From Felis catus (Eukaryota): a stretch of 64,000 nucleotides of DNA. A model generated the notes under the pieces. The model saw only the letters and a list, made by a program, of their open reading frames with translations. It was not told where the DNA came from and searched no databases. Of the stretch, positions 12,953 through 25,772 are shown one piece after another. The stretch is from the NCBI RefSeq assembly GCF_018350175.1, contig NC_058368.1:143842001-143906000 (forward strand), given 5' to 3'. Each line of letters starts with the position of its first letter. The first letter of the stretch is position 1. The translations under genes were made by a program, and so were the position numbers.

Positions 12953-14719
12953 CTAGAAAGTGAAAGTGATAGATTTCAATGCGCATTTTACATTTCAACA
13001 ATAAATAAGCCAAAAAAAAAAAAAAAAAAAAAAAGCTGCCCACTGCTAAATGATATTCTTCAAACTGAGACCCCCCATCGTTAAAGGAAAGAAGAGGTAT
13101 AACATGTTTTCCAAATAACATTAAAAAGATTGATTAGGCCAAACCTAACTCCCACGTTCTGCCGAGTTCTCTACCTACCATCACGTTATTTTAATAATAA
13201 CTACAACTGTACTTAAACGCTCTGCCTAGTCTTCCTGAGGTTCATTAACACTAGCTCTTAAATCTTAAGATCTCAGAAGAAAATTCACCATCATTATTTG
13301 TGAGACCACATAGCTTAGTGAGGTAAATGATAGAGATAGCACAGTGGAAAAAAGCTCAATCTGTTAACAGACAAAAAAAAACTTGTGGGGACAGCAGTTC
13401 AGGTCAGAGAGGAAGGCACTGCGGCTCGGCATTCATTGAGGAAGGGCTTTAATATGTTATAATATTTAAACTAATCTAAGTGTTTTTATCATTCAGAATA
13501 ACCAAGGTATGATAAAAGGAATTTATCAAATTTTGGTGAAATTTTCTATCACCTGTCTACATGAAAAAATTTATTTCATCCAGCCTTCCCTCTGATTAAA
13601 TGTGTTTTGAGTTGTAGTTATTAAGAGTTATAGACTCTTTTATAATGTTGCTCTTTGGCACGAGAGTAAGACTCACCTTAGCAACTAATGACATTAAACC
13701 AAATATTTCAAAATATTACAACTACTTTAAAAGGTAGGATTTAACCCAAACAGTATTTTAATCTGAACGCTAATATGTTTTAGGGAATTCTTAACTGATC
13801 AGTTAAAGGGACTGGGAGATTAGTACTCTCAATTTCAATAATGTACTTGAAATTGTCAGTGCCAGAAAACCTTTAAATTATCCAATGCTAGTTCATTTTT
13901 TTTTTTTCCCTTAAAGTTTATTTATTTAAGTTATCTCTATACCCAATGTGGGATTTGAACTTGCGACCTGGAGATCATTCTTCCAGTAGGGACTAAACCA
14001 TCCAGGTACATCAGTACTAGTTAACTTATTAAATCACCATTTTAGAAATGATTTGAAGAGCTATAAATTATTGGCCACATTGCCCTTTTCCTATCTAGAA
14101 ACCTGAATGTCATTTGGTTTTCTACAAGGAAATTAGGCCATGGACACTTCTTTCTATAACCAAAGATGGCAGTCTGGCTCAGGACATCAGAAGTTGTTTA
14201 TAAAAGACAACTCGAGTCTGTACTTTCTAAAGCACTTCCAAAATCCCATTATTTCTTCCCTTTGCCTTTGTGGATTGTTTGTTTGTTCGTTTTTAAGTAA
14301 GCTCTATGCTCAACATGGGGCTTGAACTCATCAACAGGAGATTAAGAGTTACATGCTCAACTGACTGACCCAGCCAGGCACCCCTCTTCCATTTGCCTTT
14401 GAAACAACCTTAGGTCACGTCAGGTTTACAGATTTCTGTTGGCTTTACTGAGAAAGGACTTGGATCTGAGGAAGGTTAGCTCGTGGGCCAGCTGCTGGCT
14501 CAGCCAGATCAAATTTCCTGCTTCTTGACTCCTAGACCACATGGTCCCTGATTTTTGGTCCATCGGCCTTGAGTGAAAGATGAGCCCAGAAAGCACTCCT
14601 TCCTCAGCCTTCTCATTCAAGTTTTACACAGGGATTATAGGGAAGAACCTAATATACAATCAGGGCATCTTCCATTTAAATGCTCCTTGTGGTACATTCA
14701 TTAATAATGGTTAATAGCT

Positions 14720-14927
14720 GGGGCGCCTGGGTGGCTCAGTTGGTTGGGCGTCTGACTTCAACTCAAGTCATGATCTCACGGTTTGTGGGTTCGAGCCCCA
14801 CATCGGGCTCTATGCTGACAGCTCAGAGCCTGGAGCCTGCTTCGGATCGTGTGCCTCCCTCTCTCTCTGCCCCTCCCCTGCTCACGCTCTCTGTCTCTCT
14901 CAAAAATAAACAAACATTAAAAAAAAT
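14720..14927 (+). mobile_element. CanSINE
   Basis: TSD AATAATGGT(T)AATAGCT. Confidence 0.92.
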
Positions 14928-15178
14928 AATAATGGTAATAGCTATCTTATTTATTGCCTTTACTACATTGAGATCTTTCTTGACAAGAAGCATGCCAACT
15001 ATCCCATTCAGCCCAAGTGAAGACTTCAATCCCACCCTTCCTACTGCTGACCCATCCATGATAAATTATGGACTGGCCAGAATTTAAAAACAAAACAAAA
15101 CAAACAAAAACACCGGGTTTGGTCGAAGACACACAAAAAATATATAAATCAGGAGGGATGGAAAAAACTTGTGCTTAC

Positions 15179-15390
15179 GATTTTGGACACAAGGCGAGAT
15201 GGCTACCACTGAAATAAGCAGACACAGGCCTCCGTTCAGCCCCAGGAGAATTTTGTTTTCCAGGCAGCCGTCCTTCTGGGTGTAAAACACTGCCATCAAA
15301 ATCAAGCCTCCGGTGGCGATGGAGTACATGACGAGTGTCACCAGGGCCAGAGCGGCATACCACAGCTTGTTGGTAGCTGTGCCGGCAGTC
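15179..15390 (-). CDS. SERINC5: SERINC5 exon 6 (212 nt): TAGTATNKLWYAALALVTLVMYSIATGG...SPCVQN
   Basis: Within ORF 15084..15341 frame; CAG acceptor; GTAAGC donor. Confidence 0.96.
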
Positions 15391-15695
15391 CTGTTTCTCC
15401 AGAAGTGGTAAGAGGGAGGGGAGAGAAGACAAGGTGATGAGGCCCCTGTTCTCTGACCGTCTCTCAGGCGGTAACTAATGCTATCAGCCCCCAGGCCGCT
15501 ATCACCCCAGTTGTCCGGAAGACTATCATTTTATCAACAGTTAGTCTCAATCAAAGCTAGAAGGTACAGGTAAACATCTCAAAACAATTTTGGTTCAGGC
15601 TTAGAATTTTTCCTAAACACTACAACATTCCGTTTTTAAATATGTATTCATCAACTAAAATGTACTTGCACAGACTTGACTCTAACCTCCCCATT

Positions 15696-15899
15696 CTTTT
15701 TTTTTTTAATTTACTGTGAGAGAGAGAGGAGGGAGAGAGTGCACACACACACATACACATGCGTGCAAGCAGGGAAGGGGCTGAGAGAGGGAGAGAATTC
15801 CAAGTGTGGAGCCTAATGCAGGGCTTAAACACACAAACCATGAGATCACAGCCTGAGCTGAAGTTGGAAACTTAACCAACTGAGCCACCCAGGTGCTCC
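15696..15899 (-). mobile_element. CanSINE
   Basis: Flanked by duplicated TAACCTCCCCATTCT. Confidence 0.9.
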
Positions 15900-15966
15900 G
15901 TAACCTCCCCATTCTGAAAAGGAATCGCCCTGGGATAGGTTTCGGCAGTATTAAAAAGTAGCTCTT

Positions 15967-16194
15967 GGGGCGCCTGGGTGGCTCAGTCGGTTGAGCATCC
16001 GACTTCGGCTCAGGTCATGAACTCACAGTCCATGAGTTCCAGCCCCGCGTCAGGCTCTGTGCTGATGGCTCTGAGCCTGGAGCCTGTTTCAGATTCTGTG
16101 TCTCCCTCTCTCTCTGACCCTCCCCCATTCATGCTCTGTCTCTCTCTGTCTCAAAAATAAATAAACGTTAAAAAAAATTTTTTTTTAAATAAAA
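15967..16194 (+). mobile_element. CanSINE
   Basis: TSD AAAAAGTAGCTCTT. Confidence 0.93.
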
Positions 16195-16417
16195 AAAAAG
16201 TAGCTCTTAGTTAAGTTCTCTTTGTGGTTTCCCTCTCAACACAGAGCCTGGAGGGGCTGCTGTAGCAGCTTCTGCTAATGTCCATCTTCTCTTTAGGGAG
16301 AGACAAACTCCACTCAAAGACTGGATGACCTCGGCCCTTTCATCCCTCTGCTGCAAAGGTGGGTCTGTAGTGGTACTGCTTCTCCAAAGCGATGCCACAT
16401 AGGATTAAAAGAGAGCT

Positions 16418-16650
16418 GAGGCGCCTGGGTGGCGCAGTCGGTTAAGCGTCCGACTTCAGCCAGGTCACGATCTCGCGGTCCGTGAGTTCGAGCCCCGTGT
16501 CAGGCTCTGGGCTGATGGCTCAGAGCCTGGAAGCTTGTTTCCAATTCTGTGTCTCCCTCTCTCTCTGCCCCTCCCCCGTTCATGCTCTGTCTCTCTCTGT
16601 CCCAAAAATAAATAAATGTTGAAAAAAAAATTTTTTTTTAAATAAAAAAA
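16418..16650 (+). mobile_element. Young SINEC_Fc-type CanSINE
   Basis: Diagnostic head; TSD TAAAAGAGAG. Confidence 0.93.
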
Positions 16651-16664
16651 TAAAAGAGAGTTGG

Positions 16665-16870
16665 TTTTTTTTTTTTTTTTTTTAAAGTTTACTTATTTTG
16701 AGAGGGGGTTTATTTATTTTGGGAGGGGCAGAGAGAGGGAGAGGGAGAATCCCAGGCAGGTTCTGCACTGTCAGCATAGAGCCTGACGAGGGGCTCATAT
16801 TCATGAGATCATGAGAGCATGACCTGAGCTGAAGTCGGACGCTCAACTGACTGAGCCACCCAGATGCTCC
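16665..16870 (-). mobile_element. CanSINE, tail-to-tail with the previous copy
   Basis: T tail, reverse head. Confidence 0.88.
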
Positions 16871-17559
16871 AAGGGAGAGTCTGAAAAGAATGAAATCAGA
16901 TAGGAAAGGAGTAAAAAACTGTAATGGGATTTACAATAAAAACCCTTAAAGAAGAGATTAATTTTCTCTCTAGTTTATGTAAATATTAATAAAGGGATAA
17001 GAGAAATGAGCGGTGGTTTAACAATCTATAGACATCGTTGAGGACAATAACAAAACAAGAGTTCAAAACCGCTCAATCAAGACGATAGAACCATAGGGAG
17101 CACGGGTGAATCACTGTCATTTGCCTTATGATTAAACTGCCACACTGTAACCACATTCTCACAAACCTTCACAGAGAAAGCAACTTGCTTAATGTTTTCA
17201 CAGAACTGGAAAGTATTCAGGCAACTCAGCTAAAATGTTTTAATGATGAAAAAGTTACTGCAGCCAGAGACAAATAGGGAGGGAAGACCAAAATCATAAT
17301 GACCATCATATTCCTGAAACCACGCCAGTGACCACAGAATTAGTCTAACATAAAAGGCACACGAAGGAAATAATAGAGTAAGACTCAAGAAGGGGTGGGG
17401 GGGAGTGGATGTAGAAGCCAAATGGTAATCGATGACAGGAACAGAATGCAATGTATAGAGAAAGGCAAACACTGCTGACCAGTGGGTGGGTGGGGTGCAA
17501 CTGTGCCTTTGCTGGTCTTTTGGGCTGTCGCTAGCATATGAAGACTTTCTTATAGTCAA

Positions 17560-18500
17560 TATAGGTCTACATTCCCAAAGTTAAATTCCCAACCCTAACC
17601 TCTCCCTTCAATTTTAGACTCACATTATCCAACTGTTCAGCGCAGGGGGCGGGGGAAGGGGCCTGGTCCAAACTGACTTCCCAAATGCGCATCTCTACCC
17701 CCTAATCCTGCTTTTCTTCATCTTCCCAAACTCAGAAGATGGCAGTTCCATTCCTTCCTTTTGGGAAGGGAAACTTTTTTTAAAAAAGAAAAGAACTCGT
17801 GACTACAGTCTTTTCCCCTCCCCCCACCCAACCCCACCTCCTCATCACCATCAGCAAAGTCCATGAGTTCCAATTTTGGAATAGACTAGAATCTGACTGC
17901 TGCTACCATCATCTGAGCTACAGCCATCTCTCACCTGGATTATCTTCCACGGGCCTCCTTACTTGCACCTCTGACACCCCCTAACCTTTCCTGGAATTAA
18001 AATACACTTTGTATCACGTTCCTCTGGTTTCAAACCCCACTAATGCCCTTCCTACCTCACACAAATGCCCCAGAAGCCCGACAGCATCTGGCCAAATGGC
18101 ATCTCCTACCTCACCTCTGGTGCCCATCCCTCACCACAGGGGTGCAGCACAGTGGGCCCCCATTTGCCCCCAAACAAGCCGGGCATGGGCCCGGCACAGT
18201 CCTGCCTCAGCCTCCACACTTCCTTCTGTTTGCAGTGGTCTCCCTCACACCTGATCATGAAGCCTTTCCCTGCCCTGCTCTCCTCAACCCCCACACCCGG
18301 CTTTCTTTTTCTCCGGTCTTTTCCCATTGAACCTGTTACTTATTTACTTGATCATAAATTGGTTATCTGTCCATGCCTCCTGCCCTCCCCAACAGGAGAA
18401 GGTAAGCTTCATAGAGCAGGACATCACTGTGTTCACTGCTCTTCTCCTGCTATTGAGTGCCTGGCAAACAGGTGCCTACTGAATACTAGTGTAAGAAATG
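17560..18500 (+). mobile_element. Degenerate L2 fragment
   Basis: Pyrimidine-rich L2-like body ending GTGCCTGGCA...GGTGCCTACTGAATA. Confidence 0.6.
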
Positions 18501-18524
18501 TCAGCTGTTAAAAAATAACTTTGT

Positions 18525-18760
18525 GGGGGTGCCTGGGTGGCTCAGTTGGTTGAGCGTCCGACTTCAGCTCAGGTCATGATCTCAAGGTTTGTGAGTTTGA
18601 GCCCTGTGTCTGACTCTGTGCTAACAGCTCAGAGCCTGGAGCCTGCTTCAGATTCTGTGTCTCCCTCCCTCTCTGCCCCCCCCCCCCCCCCCCCCACTTG
18701 TACTCTCTTTCTCTGTCTCTCTCTGCCTCTCTCTCAGGAACAAACAAGCATTAAAAAAAT
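18525..18760 (+). mobile_element. CanSINE
   Basis: TSD AATAACTTTGTG. Confidence 0.92.
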
Positions 18761-19419
18761 AATAACTTTGTGCAGCAGTGTTTTAGGAGAATGGCTGCTA
18801 TTCCTGCTGCTCCAGATTCATGACATCCTCCTTGATGACCTTTTGTTTTGCAGATAACCCAAGTGCCATGACTTACTTATCTTTATACTCTCAGTGCCTA
18901 CCACATTGTCTGGGACACAGTTAGTACTCCCCAAAACTGTGAATAAATGCTAAATGAGAAGAAGTGCTTCAAAGGAGATTAGAAAAAGACTAGACAACGG
19001 GGCAGAGTGCACCAACCCAGCAGTACGCTGGCACCAGGCTGGGCTCGGGTTCTGGAGTAACTAACACCTAGCCACAGCAGAAATGACAAATCTAGCACGT
19101 TTAGAAAATGGGTCTTTGTTAGAAACACCTAAATGTACCTTCTACTTTTTGCTATTTCAATTTTGATATAGAAGTGTCACTTCAAATCACAATATCTGAG
19201 GTCGAAAGGAAAAAGAAAATTAAACATCTAGCGTGACCATGTTATTTTGCAGGTGTGAAAACAGCGGTCAGAGAGGCCAAGTAATATGCCCAAAGGGAAA
19301 CAGCGATCTAGAGGAGCAGAGGGACAGACACCTGCAGTCTCCTGGTTTCCGGACCCATGGCCTCCGTCCTACTGCCTTTGGGATCTTCTTCTCAAGATAT
19401 TTCTTGAAAAGAGGAAACA

Positions 19420-19604
19420 GGGGCACTTGGGTGGTTCAGTCGGTTAAGTGGCCAACTCTCAATTTCAGCTCAGGTCATGATCTCCTAGTTTGTGAGATCA
19501 AGCCCCACATGGGGCTCTGCACTGACAGTCGGGAGGGAGCCTACTTGGGATTGTCTCTCTCCTCTCACTCTCCCTCTCTCTCTCTAAAATAAATAAGTAA
19601 ACTT

Positions 19605-19635
<31 letters not shown>
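19420..19635 (+). mobile_element. CanSINE with (GA)n tail
   Basis: Head and tail. Confidence 0.88.
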
Positions 19636-20126
19636 AAACAGAGAGGAAAAGGGAAGAAAAAGCAGTTTGGTTGTTCCATGAAAAGTGATGTATTATATTT
19701 TCTAGACTATCCTTGTAAGCAATAGTGTCTGTTAAAAAACAAACCTAGTAAATTAGATTAATTTATCTGAAAATACATTATTAGTGAGCTGCCTAGCTTA
19801 ATCCTAATTTTAGGCAGACAAATCAACTATGAATATGCTGACATTAAGGGATTTTGTTGGGATACTGGCCTCAATGTGTAGACAATAGCAACATCATCGG
19901 TTGCAAAGCGCATAAGTTGTTCTTACTGAGTGGTTTCTGGAAGGTTTTTACGGCAGCCAAACTCTTCCAAAATGCCTGTTAAAACTTAGCATGAATAATT
20001 AGTCCCAGAAAATGGCTTCAGAACTGAGCAAAACATTCAAGTCAGAGTAAAGAAGCTCAAATATTGTCAAGAGAACATACTGCTTACTGGGTAAATCAGG
20101 CACCCAGTATCAAAAACGGTATTCTT

Positions 20127-20358
20127 GGGGCGCCTGGGTGGCGCAGTCGGTTAAGCATCCGACTTCAGCCAGGTCACGATCTCGTGGTCCGTGAGTTTGA
20201 GCCCCGCGTCAGGCTCTGGGCTGATGGCTCGGAGCCTGGAGCCTGTTTCCGATTCTGTGTCTCCCTCTCTCTCTGCCCCTCCCCCGTTCATGCTCTGTCT
20301 CTCTCTGTCCCAAAAATAAATAAACGTTGAAAAAAAAAAAACTAAAAAAAAAAAAACA
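20127..20358 (+). mobile_element. Young SINEC_Fc-type CanSINE
   Basis: Perfect TSD AAAAACGGTATTCTT (20112-20126, 20359-20373). Confidence 0.95.
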
Positions 20359-21157
20359 AAAAACGGTATTCTTCCACCATGAAGTTCCCTATTTTGACCT
20401 ATATGTGTAAGAATTTTAGGAAACATTTAGAATGATTTTATATTAGACAAAATAAATTTCTGTAGTATCACTTATGTGACTCCTCTATGTGCTGTAAATA
20501 TTTTAGAAACTGACTATTAAGTATTTGGGTATTTAGTATTCACTAAATTATAAAATGATAACACTAGCCTTTCACTCAGGCATCTCTTGATTTGATCTCT
20601 AAAGAAACAAAACCAAACCCAATGAAACACTAACTACCACCAAGCTGAGGAATATAATCAGAATGAAAAGTTATTTTGAGGGAATCTGGACCGTATATTT
20701 TGTTTTGTCCATGAGAAAAAATAAATTTCATGTTCATACATTATTTTCTGATTTCTTTTTTCCAAAACAGTTTAAAATAACATGATGCGAATAAAAATGA
20801 CAGAACAACAAGAAGTCTTCCTAGGCACAATAGATAGTTATTCTCATTTGTTATTTTATAAGGAAGCTAAGCAAACAAGAGCAGCAAAGTGCCCTGCCTG
20901 GGGGCACAAAGGGAGTCAGCCTGGCCTTTAGCACTCAAGGGGCTGACACTTACCTAGTTGCCATTTCCTGAACTGTGTGGCTCAGCGAGAAATAAAACTA
21001 GCTATTAATAATTTGGCATTTCCTACTTATCCTAGGATGTGAATTCCATGCTCAAGGTGCTTAGAAAGAATCTACATTTTTAAATTCAGGATGGCTTTCT
21101 AAGGTAGCACAACAGATCTTTATAATCTTAGGCAGATTGAGAAAGAACCAAAAAAAA

Positions 21158-21352
21158 ATTTTTTTTAAGTGTATTTATTTACTTTGAGAGAGACAGAGAC
21201 AGCACGAGTGGGGGAGAGGGAGGGGGAGAAGGAGTCAATCCCAAGCAGGCTCCGCACTGTTGGTGCAGAGCCTGATGGGGTTCAAACTCATGAAAGATCA
21301 TGACCTGAGCTGAAACCAAGAGTCAGACTGACTGACCCACCCAGGTGCCCCC
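21158..21352 (-). mobile_element. CanSINE
   Basis: Reverse head and tail. Confidence 0.87.
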
Positions 21353-21761
21353 AAAGTACTTTTTTCTAAATCTCCTGAGGATGGAGGCATAAGATAAAAC
21401 CTGCCCAAGTTTTCAGGCACCTAGCGTCACAACCGGGGAGCCAGGGCCAAGAGGTGCCAGCAATGGATGTGAGTGTGGCTAAGTCACAACAGCAGCTGAC
21501 TCAGAGCCCAAATGAGAGAACAGAGGGAAAAGCCAACAAGTGAAAAAGAAATAACATGGAAGAAGGAAAGGAAGAAAGGAGAGGAAAACCGGTAGAGGAG
21601 AGGAATGAAGGGAAAGTGCGCCAACCTGTTTCTCGCACGAGCAGGCTGCCCCCACCCCTGCCAACACAGCTCGGGGTAGACCCTCTATCAACACCGTACT
21701 GCAGGCAGTTTCCCCGAGCAACGACTGAGTTCACTTGGAAACCTTCCCAAAATGCACATAC

Positions 21762-21855
21762 CAGTTCTTGTTCCATTTATGTGCAAACTCCACGAGCAGG
21801 ATGAGCTGGATGCCTATAAAGATGAAGCCCCCGACGGCTCCCACGTAGCGCCAGG
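21762..21855 (-). CDS. SERINC5: SERINC5 exon 5 (94 nt): [32 protein letters not shown]
   Basis: Serinc motif [17 protein letters not shown] acceptor; GTATGT donor. Confidence 0.97.
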
Positions 21856-22073
21856 CTGCAAAAGAAGACCATCCAAAAGGAGGTGAGGGGATCACTCCAA
21901 GTGCTGAGCTTAAAGGAGAATAATGACTACAGTTTATCTTTACTACATTCTTACTGTACCTGCAACACATTTAATTTCCACGCAACCGTATAAGATGGGT
22001 GCTATCGTTACACGCGCTTTACAGATGAGAAAAATTGAGAGTCTATGCAAATCGACAAAGTCCCACAACCACA

Positions 22074-22286
22074 GGGCTCAGTCAGTTAAGTGTCCGACTT
22101 CGGCTCAGGTCATGATCTCACAGTTTGTGGGTGTAAGCCCCGCATGGGGCTCTGTGCTGACAGCTCAGAGCCTGGAGGCTGCTTCGGATTCTGTGTCTCC
22201 CTCTCTCTCTCTGCCCCTCCCTAGCTCACACTCTGTCTCTTTCTGTCTCTCAAAAGAGAAATAAAACGTTTAAAAAAAAAAAAAAA
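22074..22286 (+). mobile_element. 5'-clipped CanSINE within a MIR
   Basis: Body and A tail. Confidence 0.88.
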
Positions 22287-23542
22287 TGTCCCAAGGCCAG
22301 TAAAGGACGTAGCTGGGATGTGAACACAAAGCAGTGTCTGTGGCTCTTGAGCATCTAAGCTGAACCTACACACTGTAACTGACAGCTACCCTAAAAGACG
22401 CAGCTATTCACAAAATCAACAACGACCCACGATTTGTAAGTAAAAACACATCTTAAGAAGAAAAAAGGCAGTGAGCCACCAGAGATTAGTAGGGAAATGA
22501 GGGTCAGACTGGGGGCCATGGACTCAGATCCACTCCTCACTCTGCTACAAGGAAGCTCTAACCTTCCGTGCCATGTCTCTAGGTTACAGGTTGTCTATGA
22601 AAATGGCTGAACTGCAGTTGTCTATAAAAAGAACTGTTGGCCCCATCCCATTCTAAATCTATCTTTCTAACACATAAAAGTACATCTGTGGGGAACAGAA
22701 AACTAGTTAACAGCATTTTAGGGAAAAATAAGACTTGGAGAGGACCTCCTTCAGGAGTGCATGCAGCTAGTTATGCCCCTAAAAACTAGCCAGACCCTAG
22801 TGACCATTTGAGGGGCCATAGGCTGTTCCTTAGGGACTGACAGACACAGTGTGAATGTTTTTACTACCTTAATTAGGAAAATGAATTCGTCTGGGTTAAA
22901 CAATGTTTTGAATCTCCCTAGTTTTCATGTAGAAGGGCCCCTGTTTCAGCTATGATTAACGGTTCCAAATTAAATTAAGTTTGGGAAATTCTAGGAATAA
23001 GAAATGTAATCCAATATTATATACAGTTTCACATAGGTAAGTTTAGAAATAAGGCTGGATGATGCCTTTCTTATCTCATTATAGCTGCAGCTGATTTAAA
23101 ACTCAGTAGCCTCGTGTTCCGCGTAGGCAGATTTCCGGGCAGTGCTCAGAAAGAACAAGGCGTCCCAGAACCCCTTCAGTGATGGTGTCATGCTGACATG
23201 CTAAACTGGTTTTCAGACAGACTTGCAGGGCCCCATTTTCCCTTCAGGCCAATCACGTTAAAATTATCAATTGAATTCTCCAGGCTGTAGAGTAACACCT
23301 GGCCAGAAAGGGAGGGAATAGGGGAAAGATCTAGATGGAGAAAGAGGAGTGAACAGGAAGGGATAGGGAGTGGGGAAGGTGGATACAGTGTGAGCAGGTA
23401 AGGCAGGAATTTTTTTTTTTTATTAAACCACAAGAAAATCACTAATTCGAAATATCAAAGGCACCCCGGACTACACTTTTGAACAATTTTACAAAATGGG
23501 TAAGAACAAAATAAATAGGTACCCCAAATACCCCATTTGTAC

Positions 23543-23625
23543 CATTCAGAAAGGTCTCCTGATCTGGAATGAAGAAAGCTCCTGAGCACATGGCCCCCAA
23601 CAGCAGAAGTTTAAAGAACCAAAAG
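23543..23625 (-). CDS. SERINC5: SERINC5 exon 4 (83 nt): FWFFKLLLLGAMCSGAFFIPDQETFLN
   Basis: Translated by hand (too short for the ORF track); long T tract + CAG acceptor; GTACAA donor; phases fit neighbouring exons. Confidence 0.95.
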
Positions 23626-23714
23626 CTGGAAAGAAAAAAAAAAAAAAAAGAGGAAATGTATTTAAATGATATTCATGGAAGGACAAAAGACCTTTTATAA
23701 GGTAAGCATGTCAG

Positions 23715-23922
23715 GGGGCACCTGGGTGGCTCAGTCGGTTAGGCGTCCGACTTCGGCTCAGGTCATGATCTCATGGTTCATGGGTTCGAGCCCCGCATCG
23801 GGCTCTGTGCTGACAGCTCAGGCCTGGAGCCTGCTTCGGATTCTGTGTCCCTCACTCTCTGCCCCTCCCCCAGTCATGCTCTGTCTCTCTCTCTCAAAAA
23901 AAAAAAAAAAAGAGAGAGAGAG
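23715..23922 (+). mobile_element. CanSINE near the exon 4 acceptor
   Basis: Perfect TSD AAGGTAAGCATGTCAG (23699-23714, 23923-23938). Confidence 0.95.
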
Positions 23923-24314
23923 AAGGTAAGCATGTCAGTCCATGTTTCTACCATTGGTACTGTTCCTTCCAAATCGAGAGGAAGTAATTAAGTGACTGGA
24001 GACTGCCTTGTCCCATAATTAAGACCAATTCAGCAGAGCCGCTGATTGCGCAAAACACCACTTTGTTGCAGGGGGGTGGAAATGACCTAGGGGTAGGTCT
24101 TAGTACTAGAAATAAAAACGCCTATCTCTGCTGCATCTCTCACTGTGATACTGGCGTGACCAATAGGATTCTAATTCTTGGGCCACTGAGGGGTGACAAA
24201 TCCCCCCTTCCCGAAAACGAGTGTCAACAATTTCAACTACAGGAAGAGCAGTCAGATGGTCGGATTAGAAGAGGTCAAGGAACACTATTCTGAATATCAG
24301 GAAAGGGGAAACTA

Positions 24315-24510
24315 GGGGCGCCTGGGTGGCTCAGTCGGTTAAGCGTCTGATTCCTCATTTTGGCTCAGGTCGTGATCGGATTGATGCTTTGTGAGTTAGA
24401 GCCCCGCACACTGACAGTGCCAAGCCTGCTTGGGATTCACTCCCTCTCTCTCTACCCCTCCCCTGCTCACACTCCCTCTCTCTCAAAATAAATAACTATT
24501 CAAAATAAAA
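24315..24510 (+). mobile_element. CanSINE near the exon 3 donor
   Basis: Head and tail. Confidence 0.88.
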
Positions 24511-24545
24511 AGGGAGAAACCAACCCCCCAAGACTGAAGACTCAC

Positions 24546-24724
24546 CCGTTGTGAATATGCGCTCTACAACCTTTGCTGCTGTTGATTTTCAAGGTCAGAA
24601 GGCAGAAGATGAAGAAGAAACAGGCCATTCCAAAACAGACTCTATACACGGCAGAATACCCCACTAGTTTCTCACAGGTGTCACCAGCTTTAATGCCTTT
24701 ACAAATATCTTCGTAAAAAGGAAT
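24546..24724 (-). CDS. SERINC5: SERINC5 exon 3 (179 nt): IPFYEDICKGIKAGDTCEKLVGYSAVYRVCFGMACFFF...RAHIHNG
   Basis: Serinc motif GYSAVYRVCFG; CAG acceptor; GTGAGT donor; in frame with exon 2. Confidence 0.97.
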
Positions 24725-24772
24725 CTGAGGAAAAAACAGAAAAAAGTCATCTGTTAAAACTGGGTAAAGAGA

Positions 24773-24895
24773 GGGGTCCCTGGCTGGCTCAGGTGGAAGA
24801 GATTTGACTCTTGATCTTGGGACTGTGGGTTTGAGCCCCATGTTGAATGCAGAGATTACTTTATAAACAAACTTCTAAAAAATAATAATAATAAA
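24773..24895 (+). mobile_element. Short old CanSINE near the exon 3 acceptor
   Basis: TSD TGGGTAAAGAG. Confidence 0.85.
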
Positions 24896-25007
24896 GTTGG
24901 GTAAAGAGGGGCTGTCATGAAGTGTTCCCTGAGCCTGCAAATCAAAGTCCAATGTGGAAATGTACTTTGGGCATAGAGAAACAAACAATTTTCTCTGAAT
25001 CATTTTT

Positions 25008-25456
25008 TTTTAATTTTTTAATGTTTTTATTTATTTTTAAAAAAAGTTTTTTTTTCAACGTTTATTTATTTTTTTGGGGACAGACAGAGACAGAGCATGA
25101 ACAGGGGAGGGGCAGAGAGAGAGGGAGACACAGAATCGGAAACAGGCTCCAGGCTCCGAGCCATCAGCCCAGAGCCCGACGCAGGGCTCGAACTCCCGGA
25201 CCGCAAGATCGTGACCTGGCTGAAGTCGGACGCTTAACCGACTGCGCCACCCAGGCGCCCCTTTTTATTTATTTTTGAGACAGAGACAGCATGAGCAGGG
25301 CAGGGGCAGACAGAGAGGGAGACACAGAATCCGAAGCAGGCTCCAGGCTCTGAGCTGTCAGTACAGAGCCCGACTCAGGGCTCGAACCCACGGACTGTGA
25401 GATCATGGACTGAGCTGAAGCTGGATGCTGAACCGACTGAGCCACCCAGGCACCCC
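25008..25456 (-). mobile_element. Nested CanSINEs: a young copy (~25039-25261) inside the tail of an older one
   Basis: Outer TSD TCTCTGAATCATTTTT (24992-25007, 25457-25472); inner TSD TTTTTATTTATTTT. Confidence 0.92.
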
Positions 25457-25720
25457 TCTCTGAATCATTTTTAAAGACACAATGCTCATAGCATACCACT
25501 TCACCTTTACTTATCCTAATGAATTTTGAAATCTAGCATCAGAATTTTTAAAAATTATACTTGTCATTTTTCTTGAAAAGCATAAACATACAGAATAAAA
25601 GTGAGAAACTTCCTTCACTCCTGACCCAGAATGTCACTCCTCTCCTCAAGAGAGTTAACAATTTGGTGGGTATTTTTATTAGTTCAGGTGTGTGTGTCCT
25701 CATCCCCATACTTAGTCACA

Positions 25721-25722
<2 letters not shown>

Positions 25723-25769
<47 letters not shown>
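25723..25769. repeat. (CA)n microsatellite
   Basis: Read directly. Confidence 0.97.

Positions 25770-25772
<3 letters not shown>

Noticed and set aside
14680..15087. Recurring 'AQVMIS...SSPASGSVLTAQSLEP' ORFs across the window
   Set aside because: CanSINE translations, not a protein family
15391..15400. GAG 6 nt upstream of the exon 6 CAG acceptor
   Set aside because: GAG acceptors are rarely used and this one would create an immediate TGA
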